Origin: Hemiscyllium ocellatum
Lineage: Eukaryota
Length of the DNA stretch: 64,000 bases
Assembly: GCF_020745735.1 (NCBI RefSeq)
Contig: NC_083408.1
Span: 30,286,484-30,350,483 of the forward strand
Direction: 5' to 3'
Within the stretch, counting starts at the first letter, position 1; each line of letters begins with the position of its first letter. Positions 12,736 through 23,399 of this stretch are shown here, piece after piece. A program made the position numbers and the translations under genes. The notes beneath the pieces were generated by a model, which saw nothing but the letters and a program-made list of their open reading frames with translations, had not been told where the DNA came from and ran no database searches.

Positions 12736-13844
12736 TTAATGCAGTTAACCCCCTTTTTCTAGACTATTGTCTTATGACGTGAACATTGCTGAATTGACCA
12801 TTGGGCTTTGGAACTATATTTTCTGCATAGATCAAGAAAGCTACACAGGCAAACAGGGTTAAATTGTTGCATGATTCTGTGGCATGAAATAACCAAAATT
12901 TCCAAAATAATGGCATTTCTGACACATGGGAGTAATTTTAAATCCCAAATTGATGGACCTAGGTCCACTAGGAGTTAAGACAGAACTGAAAACTCAAATT
13001 CAATCCACTTCGAGTTTTAACAAGGCTGGGGGGTTGGAGGGGTGCGTGGTTGCAATAGACAAATGAGCTGAGTTCCTCATTTAAACACATCAAAAACATG
13101 TCTATTTTTGGGAATATAAACTGGTAGAAATGGAAGATTAGACACTACTGTGTGCAGAGAATTTTCATTTTGTAACTCAAAGGTCAAAAATGGAGCGATG
13201 TTCTGTTCTCTTACTTGTTAATAAGGTCACATATCTTTTGGAAAAGCTGGATTTGATACTTTTGTGACACAACTTGACACCAGGTGCCTTGGGGTTACAA
13301 ATCTGCCTAGCAATGTTCCTTTGGAATTTTAAATGGCAGCTTGTTACAGACTGAAGAAACACTTGAACACAGACCTCCAGAAACCCCGCAAGCAATGACA
13401 AGCCTCTACCTCTTTTTCACCTTAAGAGAATGAGAAACCTCTCAAAAGACTCAGAAAAGAATATCTACCTGAAGCAAAGACCCAGATCCAAATGACCGCG
13501 ACTGAACGGAGGATCTTCTGTTGGTCTGCAGTCAACAACACCCTGGTATCTTTACTAAATGCAAAAAGAATTCTGGGAAAGTCAATTCATTCTACCATTC
13601 CTGTTTGGACTTCTGATCCACAAAATTTGTTCATTTTGCCTACTTTCCACATATACTATTTCTGCAGACCTCTCTATTGTCTGTCCTATTTGCAAATGAA
13701 TGTGTGCAAACATAGATTTAATAGGGACACAGTTTAAGTTCATATATAGAGTTAATAAACCATTTTGCCATTTGTTGAAGGATAACATTTTACTTTCTGT
13801 TTATTGATAAACCTGGTATGATTTTCTTTTGTGCGAAATACATC

Positions 13845-15350
13845 GATTCATAGAATCCTACAGCAAAGAGACAGGCCCTTTGGCCCAAACTGGTCCATGC
13901 CAACCAAAATGTCTGTTCATGCTAACCCCATTTCCCTGCACTTGGCCCATAACCTTTTAATTTTTTCCTATCCATGTATTTGTCCAAATGCCTTTTAAAT
14001 AGTATTAATGTACCTGCCTCAACCACTTCTGCTGGCAACTTATTCCATACACGTATCACCCTCTGTGTAAAAATGTTGTCAGTCAGGTTCCCTTTTATTC
14101 CTTCCCCTCTAACCTTAAACCTTAATGTTGGGAAAAAGACTGAGTGCATTCAGCCTATCCGTGCCTCTCAAGATCTTACATCCCTCTAAGGTCTCCCCTC
14201 AGTCTCCTACACTTGAAAGAAGAAAGTCCTAGTTTGTCCAACCTCTCCCTATAACTCAGACCATTGAGTCCAGGTAACATCCTTGTAAATTTCCTCTGTA
14301 CTCTTTGCAGTTTAATAACATCCTTCCTGTAACAAGGTGACCAAAACTGAACAAAATACTCCAAGTGTAGTCTCACTACATCCTGGTAAAAACAATGACT
14401 GCAGATCTTTTGCCCGAAATGTCAATTTCGCTGCACTTTGGATGCTGCCTGAACTGCTGTGCTCTTCCAGCACCACTAATCCAGAATCACCAACATCCCT
14501 GTTTAACTGCAACACAACTTCCCAACTTCTGTGTGCAATGCCATGACTGATGAAGGCCAGTGTTCCAAAAGCTTTCTTCACTTCCCTGTCTACCTGTGAT
14601 TTCACTTTCAGAGAACTGTGAATGTGAACTCCAAGATTCCTCTGTTCCACTACACTCTTTAAGGCCCTATCATTCACTATAAAACCCCTACCTTGATTTG
14701 ACTTTCCAAAATGAAAAACCTCATACTTATCTATATTAAATTCCATTTGCCATTTCTCAGCCCACTTCCCCAGCTGATCAAGGTCCTGCTGCAATTTCTA
14801 ATATCCTTTCTCACTGTCCATGATACTGCCTATTTTAGTGTCATCTGCAAACTTACTCATCATGTCTTGTACATTCTCATCCAAATCATTGTTATAGATA
14901 TGAACAGCAATGGGCCCAGCACCAACCCCTGAGGCATACCACTAGTCACAGACCTCCAGTTCAACAAGCATACTTCCACTATTGCCTTTTGCTTCTTACC
15001 ATCAAGTGAATTTTCTATCCAATTTACCAGCTTCCTCTGGATTTCATGCGATCAAACCTTCCAGAGTGGCTTACCATGTGGAATGTTATCAAAGGCTATA
15101 CTGAAATCCATGTAGACTATGTCTACCGCCCTGCCCTCGTCAACTTTTCTGGTCACTTCATCAAAGAACTCTGACAAATTTATGAGACATGATCTTCCAC
15201 ACACAAAGCCATGCTGACCACTCCTGATCAAAAACTGTCTTTCCAAATGCATGTATATCATATCTTTCAGAATCTTCTCAAATAACTTACTCATCTCAGA
15301 TATTAACCCTACTGATTTATAGTTCCCAGGCTTACCTTTGCATCCTTTTC
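13845..15350 (-). mobile_element. CR1 LINE ORF2 fragment, with a Penelope-derived short insert at ~14385-14490
   Basis: QHGFVCGRSCLINL, YMDFSIAFD, WQMEFNIDK, HLEYFVQFWSP; the insert carries gcccgaaatgtc...ggatgctgcctgaactgctgtgctcttccagc. Confidence 0.92.
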
Positions 15351-16724
15351 TGAGTAGCAGTTAAAAGTCAGACAAATTAACTATTTTGTGTTTATACATT
15401 AATGGTCGCTTATGGAATACTGGGACTTGATTACAGATCAAGGCTAAGGCTCACTTTTGGATTTTTGAATGCAGACAACATGAGATTGAAGTGAAGTAAA
15501 ATTTGTTGGGAAAGGATGAAAGGACAGACATCAGGCTCCTGCTCTACAAAATAGTATGGGATTGGGAACAGCTAACATCAACCTGCAGATTGAGGAGATA
15601 CCCCTGACTGCTTTACAGGAGTTAACTAAGAGCAAGCAACTGAATTAAAAAATGAACTGATTGGGGGGGTGTTTCTACAGAAGCCAAGGTGGCAGAGATA
15701 ATTAATATGCACTGTATTTAAGATTGGTAAAAATACAATGGGGATGAGGTACATCAAATTATAAGTCACTTGAGTTTGTGATCATTTACAGAATTCATTG
15801 TGGGTGGAAGCAGGACTTTCAGTTCAGCCAGTCCGCATTGACCCTCCAAAGAGCATCCCCGCTACCCTATCCCTGTAATTCCACATTTCCCATGGTTAAT
15901 CCACATAGTCAGCATATCTCTTGAGACTATGGTGAATTTAGCATGACCAATCCACTAACCTGCCCATTTTCTGGACAACAATTCAGTTGAATTTAAAGCA
16001 GTTTGAGCATGAGTACTCGCTGCACACAATCGTACAAATGAGTAAGGCAGGATGAAGTTGGGAGAATTGCATGCATCTGAAATAACAGACAGTTTAATTG
16101 CATAGTTCTTTCCCTGTTATCATACAATCATAGACGCCCTACAGAGTGGAAGTAGGCCATTCAATCCGTTGAATTCACACCGACCATCTGAAGGTCACCC
16201 CACCCAGACCCACCCACCCTAACTTATCCTCCCTGTAACTCTGCATTTCCCATGGCCAAGCAACCTAGCCTACTCATGCCGGGACACTATGAACAATTGA
16301 GTATGCAAATCTACGTAACCTGCACATCTTTGGACTGTGGGAGGAAACCCACACAGACACAAGTATCTAACCTAACCTAAGTGTGATTGTGGTAACCCTA
16401 TGGTAAGCTGCAATTGCTTTCTGCAATACATTTCACTACATTGCATAAACAATTAGTTCAAGACATCTAGATTGACTCAGAATGTCTGACTGTCAGACAG
16501 TTGTTATTCCAGCATAGATGAGGGTTTTGCATGAGAACCCTGTGGAATACCCATTATAATACAGTCCCAAGGAATTGCCCATGAAATTGAATTTTGCCGT
16601 TCCTCTATGTCTGCACCCCTCTGACAGTCACCATTTAAATCAGAGACTGCTGATTAAATTATGGAAACAGTTACTCAAGAAAATTAGATTATTAAATACA
16701 TTTCCAAGCAACTATCTGACAGAA

Positions 16725-16937
16725 CTGAAAATGTGTTGCTGAAAAAGCGCAGCAGGTCAGGCAGCATCCAAGGAACAGGAGATTCGATGTTTCGGGCAAA
16801 TGCCCTTCTTCAGGAAGAAGGGCTCATGCCCGAAACGTCGAATCTCCTGCTCCTTGGATGCTGCCTGAACTGCTGCGCTTTTCCAGCAACACATTTTCAG
16901 CTCTGATCTCCAGCATCTGCAGTCCTCACTTTCTCCT
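16725..16937. mobile_element. Penelope-derived foldback element with head-to-head hammerhead motifs
   Basis: Arms 16725-16810 and 16815-16900 around loop cagg; one-sided ~37-bp tail ctctgatctccagcatctgcagtcctcactttctcct; imperfect TSD CAACTAT(C/T)T(G/A)ACAGA. Confidence 0.9.
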
Positions 16938-17294
16938 CAACTATTTAACAGAGCCCATACTTACTGTGCACACCCCCACGTACACCTCTCCGGACCACTG
17001 ACACACAATCTCTCTCAGCCCTGACTTGACACTCTCCCTTCCTCATTCTAGTATCACTTTCCCTCTCCCATCTCTCCAGAGACTTGACACCCCTAGCATG
17101 ATCCACAACCGACCCACCATCCCCACTTCTGAGGAAGGGTCACGAAATATTGACTATTATTTCTCTCCACAGATGCTGCCAGAGCTTTTCAAGCAATTTC
17201 TGTTTTTGTTTCTGATTTACAGCATCCACAGTTCTTTTGTTTCTTTTCCCCCTTGCTCCACACCTGATCTCTTCCCTGCTGTCTAACTCACCGT

Positions 17295-17595
17295 GGGCGG
17301 CACGGTGGCACAGTGGTTAGCACTGCTGCCTCACAGCGCCTGAGACCTGGGTTCAATTCCCGACTCAGGCAACTGACTGTGTGGAGTTTGCACATTCTCC
17401 CCATGTCTGCTTGGGTTTCCTCCGGGTGCTCCGGTTTCCTCCCACAGTCCAAAGATGTGCGGGCCATGCTAAATTGCCCGTAGTGTTAGGTAAGAGGTAA
17501 ATGTAGGGGTATGGGTGGGTTGCGCTTCGGTGGGTCGGTGTGGACTTGTTGGGCCGAAGGGCCCGTTTCCACACTGTAAGTAATCTAATCTAATC
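17295..17595 (+). mobile_element. HE1-type SINE, near full length
   Basis: A box tggcacagtggtt, B box gggttcaattcc, central gtgtggagtttgcacattctcccc domain, CR1-derived 3' end and (taatc)n tail. Confidence 0.93.
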
Positions 17596-18260
17596 AATGA
17601 GCTGACACCTCCCTTTCCCATGCCTTGCTTGATCCAATTTCTCCCATCCATTCTGACCTACCCTAAACACGGCAACAATTACTTGGCCTCCTTGCCATCT
17701 TTCACCCTGGTAGTCACTTACCATATTCAGAAATGTAAAGGTCCATGTTATTAATGGGCAGTGCCTCTACTGCAAAGGTTTTACCTTTTTAGGTTGCTGG
17801 TTTGTTTACTGAGCTGGCAGGTTTGTTTTTAGATGTTTCGTCACCATGCTAGGCATCAGTGAGCTTCCGGTGAAGTCCTCATGTACCGTCTCACTTCCTA
17901 CTTGTGTCTTGGTCTGTTAAGGTGGGTGATTTCATTGCCGGTTCTTTTTCTCAGAGGTTAGTAAGTGGGGTCCAAATTGATGTGTTTATTGATGGAGTTC
18001 TGGTTTGAATGCCAGGCCTCCAGGAATTCCTGACAAGTTCTTGCAGGGTATTTTATAAATTACATGTTTTGCTGGTTGAAGGTACAGGGTCCTTTAGGTT
18101 CATCAGTAGCTGTTTCACTGTGTTGGTAGATTTGTGGACTACCATGATATCAAAGGGTCAGAGTATTCTGGGAGTCATCTCAGAGATGTCTTTGATGTAT
18201 GGTAGTATGGGTAGAGTGTCTGGGGCGTGTTGTGTCTATTTGTTTGGGTTTGTTGTTTAA

Positions 18261-19183
18261 CCCCTTCCCCGGCTACCTTTTTTGGAGAAAACATTTCATT
18301 TTCAGACAAATTTGTTTATTGTTTTTTTTTAAAATAGTATTTTTAATGCTGATTATGGAAATAACTTTTGTTCTTATCTATTTCCAATATTTTATTTGAA
18401 ATTTTATTTTGAAGATACCATTTTCGGCAAAATAAAATTGGTCTTTCAAATAGCGCATCTTTCGACCAGTTCATTTCTTGATCTGGCATTTTCACAATAC
18501 CCCCAAGCATTTTCAAGGTGAAAAACACAAATTTCTGCCATTGTTACAGGGCGCCTCATACAATCTCTTTCTCCAGTCTGTTCAGCAAAGCGATTAGTTT
18601 CGTCCACAACTTGATCCACAATTCTGTTGTCCCATAAAAGACTAAAAAAATCCAAAGGATTCATATCAGCTGTGTCTTGATCAATTGATATTCCAGGATT
18701 TCCAGTGAATGGGAAGCGTGGTGGAGGAAGCATGCATTCTTCCGACATCACGTGTCGACACCAAATTCGTCCATCCTCCTCCTCCTCACTTGAGAGAGAA
18801 TAGCCATTACCAGACGAGCTTGCGCTCTCATCTGATGTATCCAAGCTTCTAATAGAAGGTTCATACTCATTGTCATCTTCTGAGCTCGACATCTGGGTGT
18901 AATTTGTAGAAAAAAACAGAAAAAAAACGAATGACAGTGTGTGCCCAACGCGGTGTGTCGACGCTTCTTGCAATGCCTGAGGCGGAAGAGACACAGCTAC
19001 CAGATGTATGAGTCACCGAGTATACTCGTTTCTAGCTGAGAAGGGCCCAGAAATGCCGAGAATTGACGTATAAACTCGTCTGTGGCTGTTTTTGAAATTA
19101 TGTTTTGGACGAGTTTACTCGTCGCCCTCTGAAAAAGACAAATTGGGTGAAGACACGTTAACTTATCTTTGCCGGGTAAGGGG
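18261..19183 (-). mobile_element. piggyBac transposon, internal-deletion derivative retaining the transposase N-terminus
   Basis: TTAA|CCCCTTCCCCGGC ... GCCGGGTAAGGGG|TGAA (13-bp TIR, 1 mismatch); ORF MSSSEDD...FTGNPG...PLDFFSLLWDNRIVDQVVDETNRFAEQ...PVTMAEI, continuing after a frameshift as MLGGIVKMP..NWSKDALFERPI. Confidence 0.92.
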
Positions 19184-19931
19184 TGAAGAATCGGCAGACT
19201 GTGTTCATTGGGTATCTGCTGTTCTTGAATACGCTGTGTAGGTATTTCTTTTCTGCTCGTAGTTCCTGAGTGCTGCAGTGGGTGGTGGCCTGTTTAAATA
19301 ATGTCCTGATGCAGCTCTGTTTGGGGGTGTTGGGAATGATTGCTCCTACAATTAAGTGTTTGGTCTGTCTGAGTTGCTTTCCTGTAGACGTTGGTCTGCA
19401 GTTCCCCATTGACTGCTCATTCCACTGTGACATCTATGAAGGGGATTCTGTTGTTGTTCTCTTCCTCTTTGGTGAAATTTATGCCAGTAAGGATGTTATT
19501 AATGATATTGTAGGTTTCCTCTAATTTGTTCTGTTTCATGATGACAAAGGTGTCATCCACATAGCAGACCCAAAGCAAGGACTGCAAAAAACACTACATC
19601 GGATAGACAGGCAGCAAACTAGCCACCAGGATACACAAACACCAACTAGCCACCAAAAGACAAGACCAATTACCTCGAGTATCCTTACACACAGACATAG
19701 AAGGACACCACTTCGACTGGGACAGCACATCTAACCTAGGACAGGCTAAAGAGAGACACGCACAGGAATTCCTAAAGGCCTAGCTTTCATAACGGAACTC
19801 TACCAATAAACACATCAATTTGGACCTCACTTACCGACCCCTGAGAAAAAGAATCAGAAGTGATATCACCCACTTTAACAGACCAATATACATAAATGGA
19901 AAGCTGGACAGAAGACCGGTGCTTCATCGGA

Positions 19932-19977
19932 GGCTCACTGATGATGTCACCTAGCATGGTGATGAAATGTCTGAGCC
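19932..19977 (+). ncRNA. Minimal type I hammerhead ribozyme motif in the Penelope pseudo-LTR
   Basis: GGCTCA-CTGATGA-T-GTCACC-TAGCAT-GGTGAT-GAAA-TG-TC-TGAGCC: both conserved cores, 6-bp stem II and complementary stem I strands. Confidence 0.65.
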
Positions 19978-20769
19978 AGCAAACTTACAATCTAAACTTC
20001 AACGTGAGCTACAAATCTCAAAAATCCCTTTTTTTTATTGCCTGCATTTTTGATTGTGCACTGAAATGGGAAAAGAACTTCATTACTGCACTTTTAAAAG
20101 CAAGTAATCAGACACTCAGTGCATAGCTGTTGGTTCAAATGGTGGGAAAAAAGTCTCCTGGGCCACAGTCAACTGGAGCCAGAAGACTGTGTGAATGGAG
20201 ACTTGGCTGGCAACAAGTAGCTGATTGGTCTCTGAAGTGGTGACCAGTTGTTGATGACAAAGGTGAAGGCTCCCAGGTAACTCGGGATTGTGAATGTTTA
20301 GGAGAAGCCATCAGGCCCCCGATACAGGGGCTGTTTTTCCTCAACAGTAAAAGGCATGTCAAGCCTGAAATTGGCCAGTTTATTTCCCCTCATCAGTTGC
20401 TGCAATGTGGGATTTTTAGTGAATAAACCAGAGGCTTTTATATGTGTGAACCAGTCACCCTGCGCCTTCTGCAAACAAGTGAAAGTATCTGCAGAAGGAA
20501 GATTGAGAAGCAGCATTCTGATTAGCAAAAGGATCATCTCAGCAAACCTGTGGACAGGGACAACTGAACTGCCTTCCCAGTCCTTCGCCTCTGTCTATAA
20601 CGTCATTTTTTTCTGTCAGTGCTTATACGTGAACAAAGGGAGTTTTACGGGTAAGTCAGTGTTTTAACAAGGGAGTTATACTTCGATGGTTCATAATTGT
20701 TTACTTGAAGCTCAAGTCTATTTATCTGGAATAAATAATAATTCTTGTTAAGCGCAGAGAAACCTGGTC

Positions 20770-21395
20770 TATGCTTGTACAACACCCCCCCCCATCACCT
20801 CCATCCAGGTCCCCAAACAGTCCTTCCAGGTGAGACAGAGGTTCACCTGCCTCTGTCTACTGCATCTGGTCTTCTCTACACTGGGGAAACTAAATGTGAA
20901 CTTAGGGAACGGTTCGCCGAACAACTCAGCCAGGCCTGCAGGGGCCAACCGGACTTCCCAGTCACCGCCCATTTTAATTTCCCTTCCCATTCCCTTTCTG
21001 ACACAACCATCCTTGGCCTCCTCCATTGCCACAACCAACCAAACCACAAATTAGCGGAACAAACTTCATCTTTCACCAGGGCAGCCTACAGCCCAGAGGA
21101 CTCAACATTGAGTTCTCCAATTTCAATAACCACCTTTCCTTTCCCCCAACTCACTTCCCAGTCGCTCCCCCTCCCAGCCACCTACCAGATTCATTTCTCC
21201 CATTGACCAAGCAGGTCGTACCCTCTGCCTGTCTTCATTTATCCCCACTTCAACACCTTGCCCCGCCACCCCCTTTATCTGCAGCTCCCCCTACACCCAC
21301 CCAGTGTCCTGAAGAAGGGTTATACCTGAAATGTCGACTTCTCCACCTCCTGATGCTACCTGGCTTGCTGTGCTCTTCCAGCCTCCTGTCTGTAT
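20770..21395 (+). mobile_element. Penelope-like 3' fragment (GIY-YIG endonuclease + hammerhead-bearing terminal repeat)
   Basis: GLLYTGETKCELRERFAEQL...PVTAHFNFPSHS; CTGAAGA-A-GGGT-TAT-ACCT-GAAA-TGTC at 21309-21335. Confidence 0.85.
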
Positions 21396-22674
21396 TCTTT
21401 CTGTCAGCCTTGTTCTCTAAGAAAATTGGGGTATTCTACATACTTCTTCCAACTTTAACGCTTGTGATGACTCGGAGAACCGCGGGGCTTGATTTCCAAT
21501 GCACTACCCCAGTGAGGCATGACACCAGACAGATGCATGCTTCACAGTTCATAAGCTAAAAGAACAGAAATCTTAAAGCAGTCACAAAAAGGTCCTTTAA
21601 AACAATATAACAACCCCAGATATAAATCTATTGCTAATGAAGTAAGAATGGGTGGGTCCAACAATCAGTATTAGTCACCAGGATTAATCAATCAAACACA
21701 GGCAATTGCATTTCTCTTCAATCAAACAATCCAACTCAAAGCACACAAACATAAATACTGAACATGGGGAGGTTTGGATTGGAAGCAATAGTCACACATG
21801 TTTGAACAGCTGACTAACACATTTTCCAGGGTTATGTTTGAAGTCTGATCATCTGGGTGAGGCACTGGAGAGATGTCATTGCTTAGAGAATCAAACTTCC
21901 AATAAATATTCACATTCATTAAAATGAAGTGAGGAAAAATGTGGGGGAGTGAAATAGCTAGGTTAAAAAAAAGGTGCTCTACCTTCTCTCCTGAATCAAA
22001 ATAATTAAAAGAAGCAAAACTCAAATATCTTCACTTATTGCCATAAAGACTGATTGGCAAATCCAGTTCACAAAGATGAATTAACAGATGCTTCTGAATA
22101 GAAAAAGGAATTCACAATTAAATGGCATCTCACAAAATTCCTCAATACATATATCACAAAGAATTTTACATTCAACAATTTTGTTGGTTATTCAATTAAG
22201 CATAGCTGAGCAAAATTGCATAAACAACAAATGCCCATTAATCTGTTTTCAGTGGCATTGGTTTAGGGTGGAGTTTTGGCCACATGTGAGATCCTCCTGT
22301 TCTTCTTCAATAGTTGCATGTGATCCTTTAAATTCTTTCACTGCATTACTAGAAGAGGCACACCCTTAATAACGCATTGAAGTGTAAGCCAAGATGCTGT
22401 CACCCTAGGATGGGGTTTGAACCCATAACCTTCTGACTCTGGCAAGAGAAAGCTATTAACTAAGCCAAACTTATACTCACATAAGGATTATGAAGTTAAG
22501 CTTTTGTGTTGCATGTGAGTGGACGTATTTTACTGTTAAACTGTTCAAGTTCTAACCAATAGCATAACACTCAATGCTGCTAGATCTGGATTTAGGTGTG
22601 TCTCCATGGACCTTCAAAGATGGGTGGGACCCGATTCCAGATTTCCAACTTCTGTTAGTGTAAGATAGTGGCAC

Positions 22675-22705
22675 GGGGGAGGGGGGGGTGGGGTGGGGGG
22701 AGGGG
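22675..22705 (+). repeat. G-rich tract with G-quadruplex potential
   Basis: gggggaggggggggtggggtggggggagggg: five G-runs of 4-8 with 1-nt loops. Confidence 0.8.
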
Positions 22706-22995
22706 AGTGTGGTTTGTGAATCCACATCCTGCACTTCCAATCTGGCCACCTCCTTTGAGGAGATAGGCATCTCTGAGTGTCACGCACTTCCAAAAACTCA
22801 ATCACAGCTTCTTCTGAGACGTTGTGAATCACACAGTCTAAATGATGGAAAACACTGAGGTGTCTGAATGATTTCAACCATACTTCCTCTGCCTTTCTAT
22901 GTTCCTCCATTCACCTAAATGATCACCTAAAACCTCTTTACCAACTTATGGCATTTCTATGCCCATTCATCCAATAGATACTGCACAGAATCACA

Positions 22996-23310
22996 GGGCG
23001 GCATGGTGGCTCAGTGGCTAGCACTGCTGCCTCACAGCAGCAGTTCCTAGGTTCAATTCCAGCCACGGGCGACTGTCTGTGTGGAGTTTGCACATTCTCC
23101 CCGTGTCTGCGTGGGTTTCCTCCGGGTGCTCTGGTTTCCTCCCACAGTCCAAAGATGTGCAGGTCAGGTGAATTGGCCATGCTAAATTGCCCATAGTGCT
23201 ACATGCATTGGTCAGGGGTAAATACAGGATGTGGGTGAGTTATTCTTTGGAGGGTCAGTGTGGACTTGTTGGGCCAAAGGGCCTGTTTCCATACTGTAGG
23301 AAATCTAATT
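22996..23310 (+). mobile_element. HE1-type SINE, full length
   Basis: gggcggcatggtggctcagtgg...gggccaaagggcctgtttccatactgtagg. Confidence 0.9.
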
Positions 23311-23399
23311 TAAAACCTATAAATTATTGTATGTTCAAAATGCTTAAGCCATTAATTCATAGCTTTCTTATCAACAAAAACTGTTTTTTCCTTGGCGTA

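Larger units (their letters stand above)
17790..20020. mobile_element. Penelope-like element with inverted pseudo-LTRs (RT + GIY-YIG remnants)
   Basis: 17790-18030 is the reverse complement of ~19765-20000; minus strand WVCYVDDTFVI (YVDD at 19552-19563); plus strand KDCKKHYIG*TGSKLATRIH (GIY-YIG) from ~19578. Confidence 0.88.

Noticed and set aside
13263-15435. Possible solo LTR split by the CR1 (similar candidates at ~24719-25048, ~26010-26440, ~28250-28930)
   Set aside because: LTR-like composition and some TG/CA ends, but I could not define the boundaries or TSDs.
16725-16900. Foldback as a pre-miRNA, or the dispersed repeats as a CRISPR-like array
   Set aside because: These are dispersed repeats with TSDs and Penelope features; there is no repeat-spacer periodicity and the context is eukaryotic.
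17295-17370. tRNA genes at SINE heads (also ~3800, ~22400, 22996, 27620, ~53600)
   Set aside because: A/B boxes are followed by SINE bodies and there is no complete cloverleaf.
18446-18994. 182-aa ORF as a domesticated PGBD host gene
   Set aside because: It is bounded by TIRs and target sites, is frameshifted, lacks the catalytic domain, and sits inside another TE.
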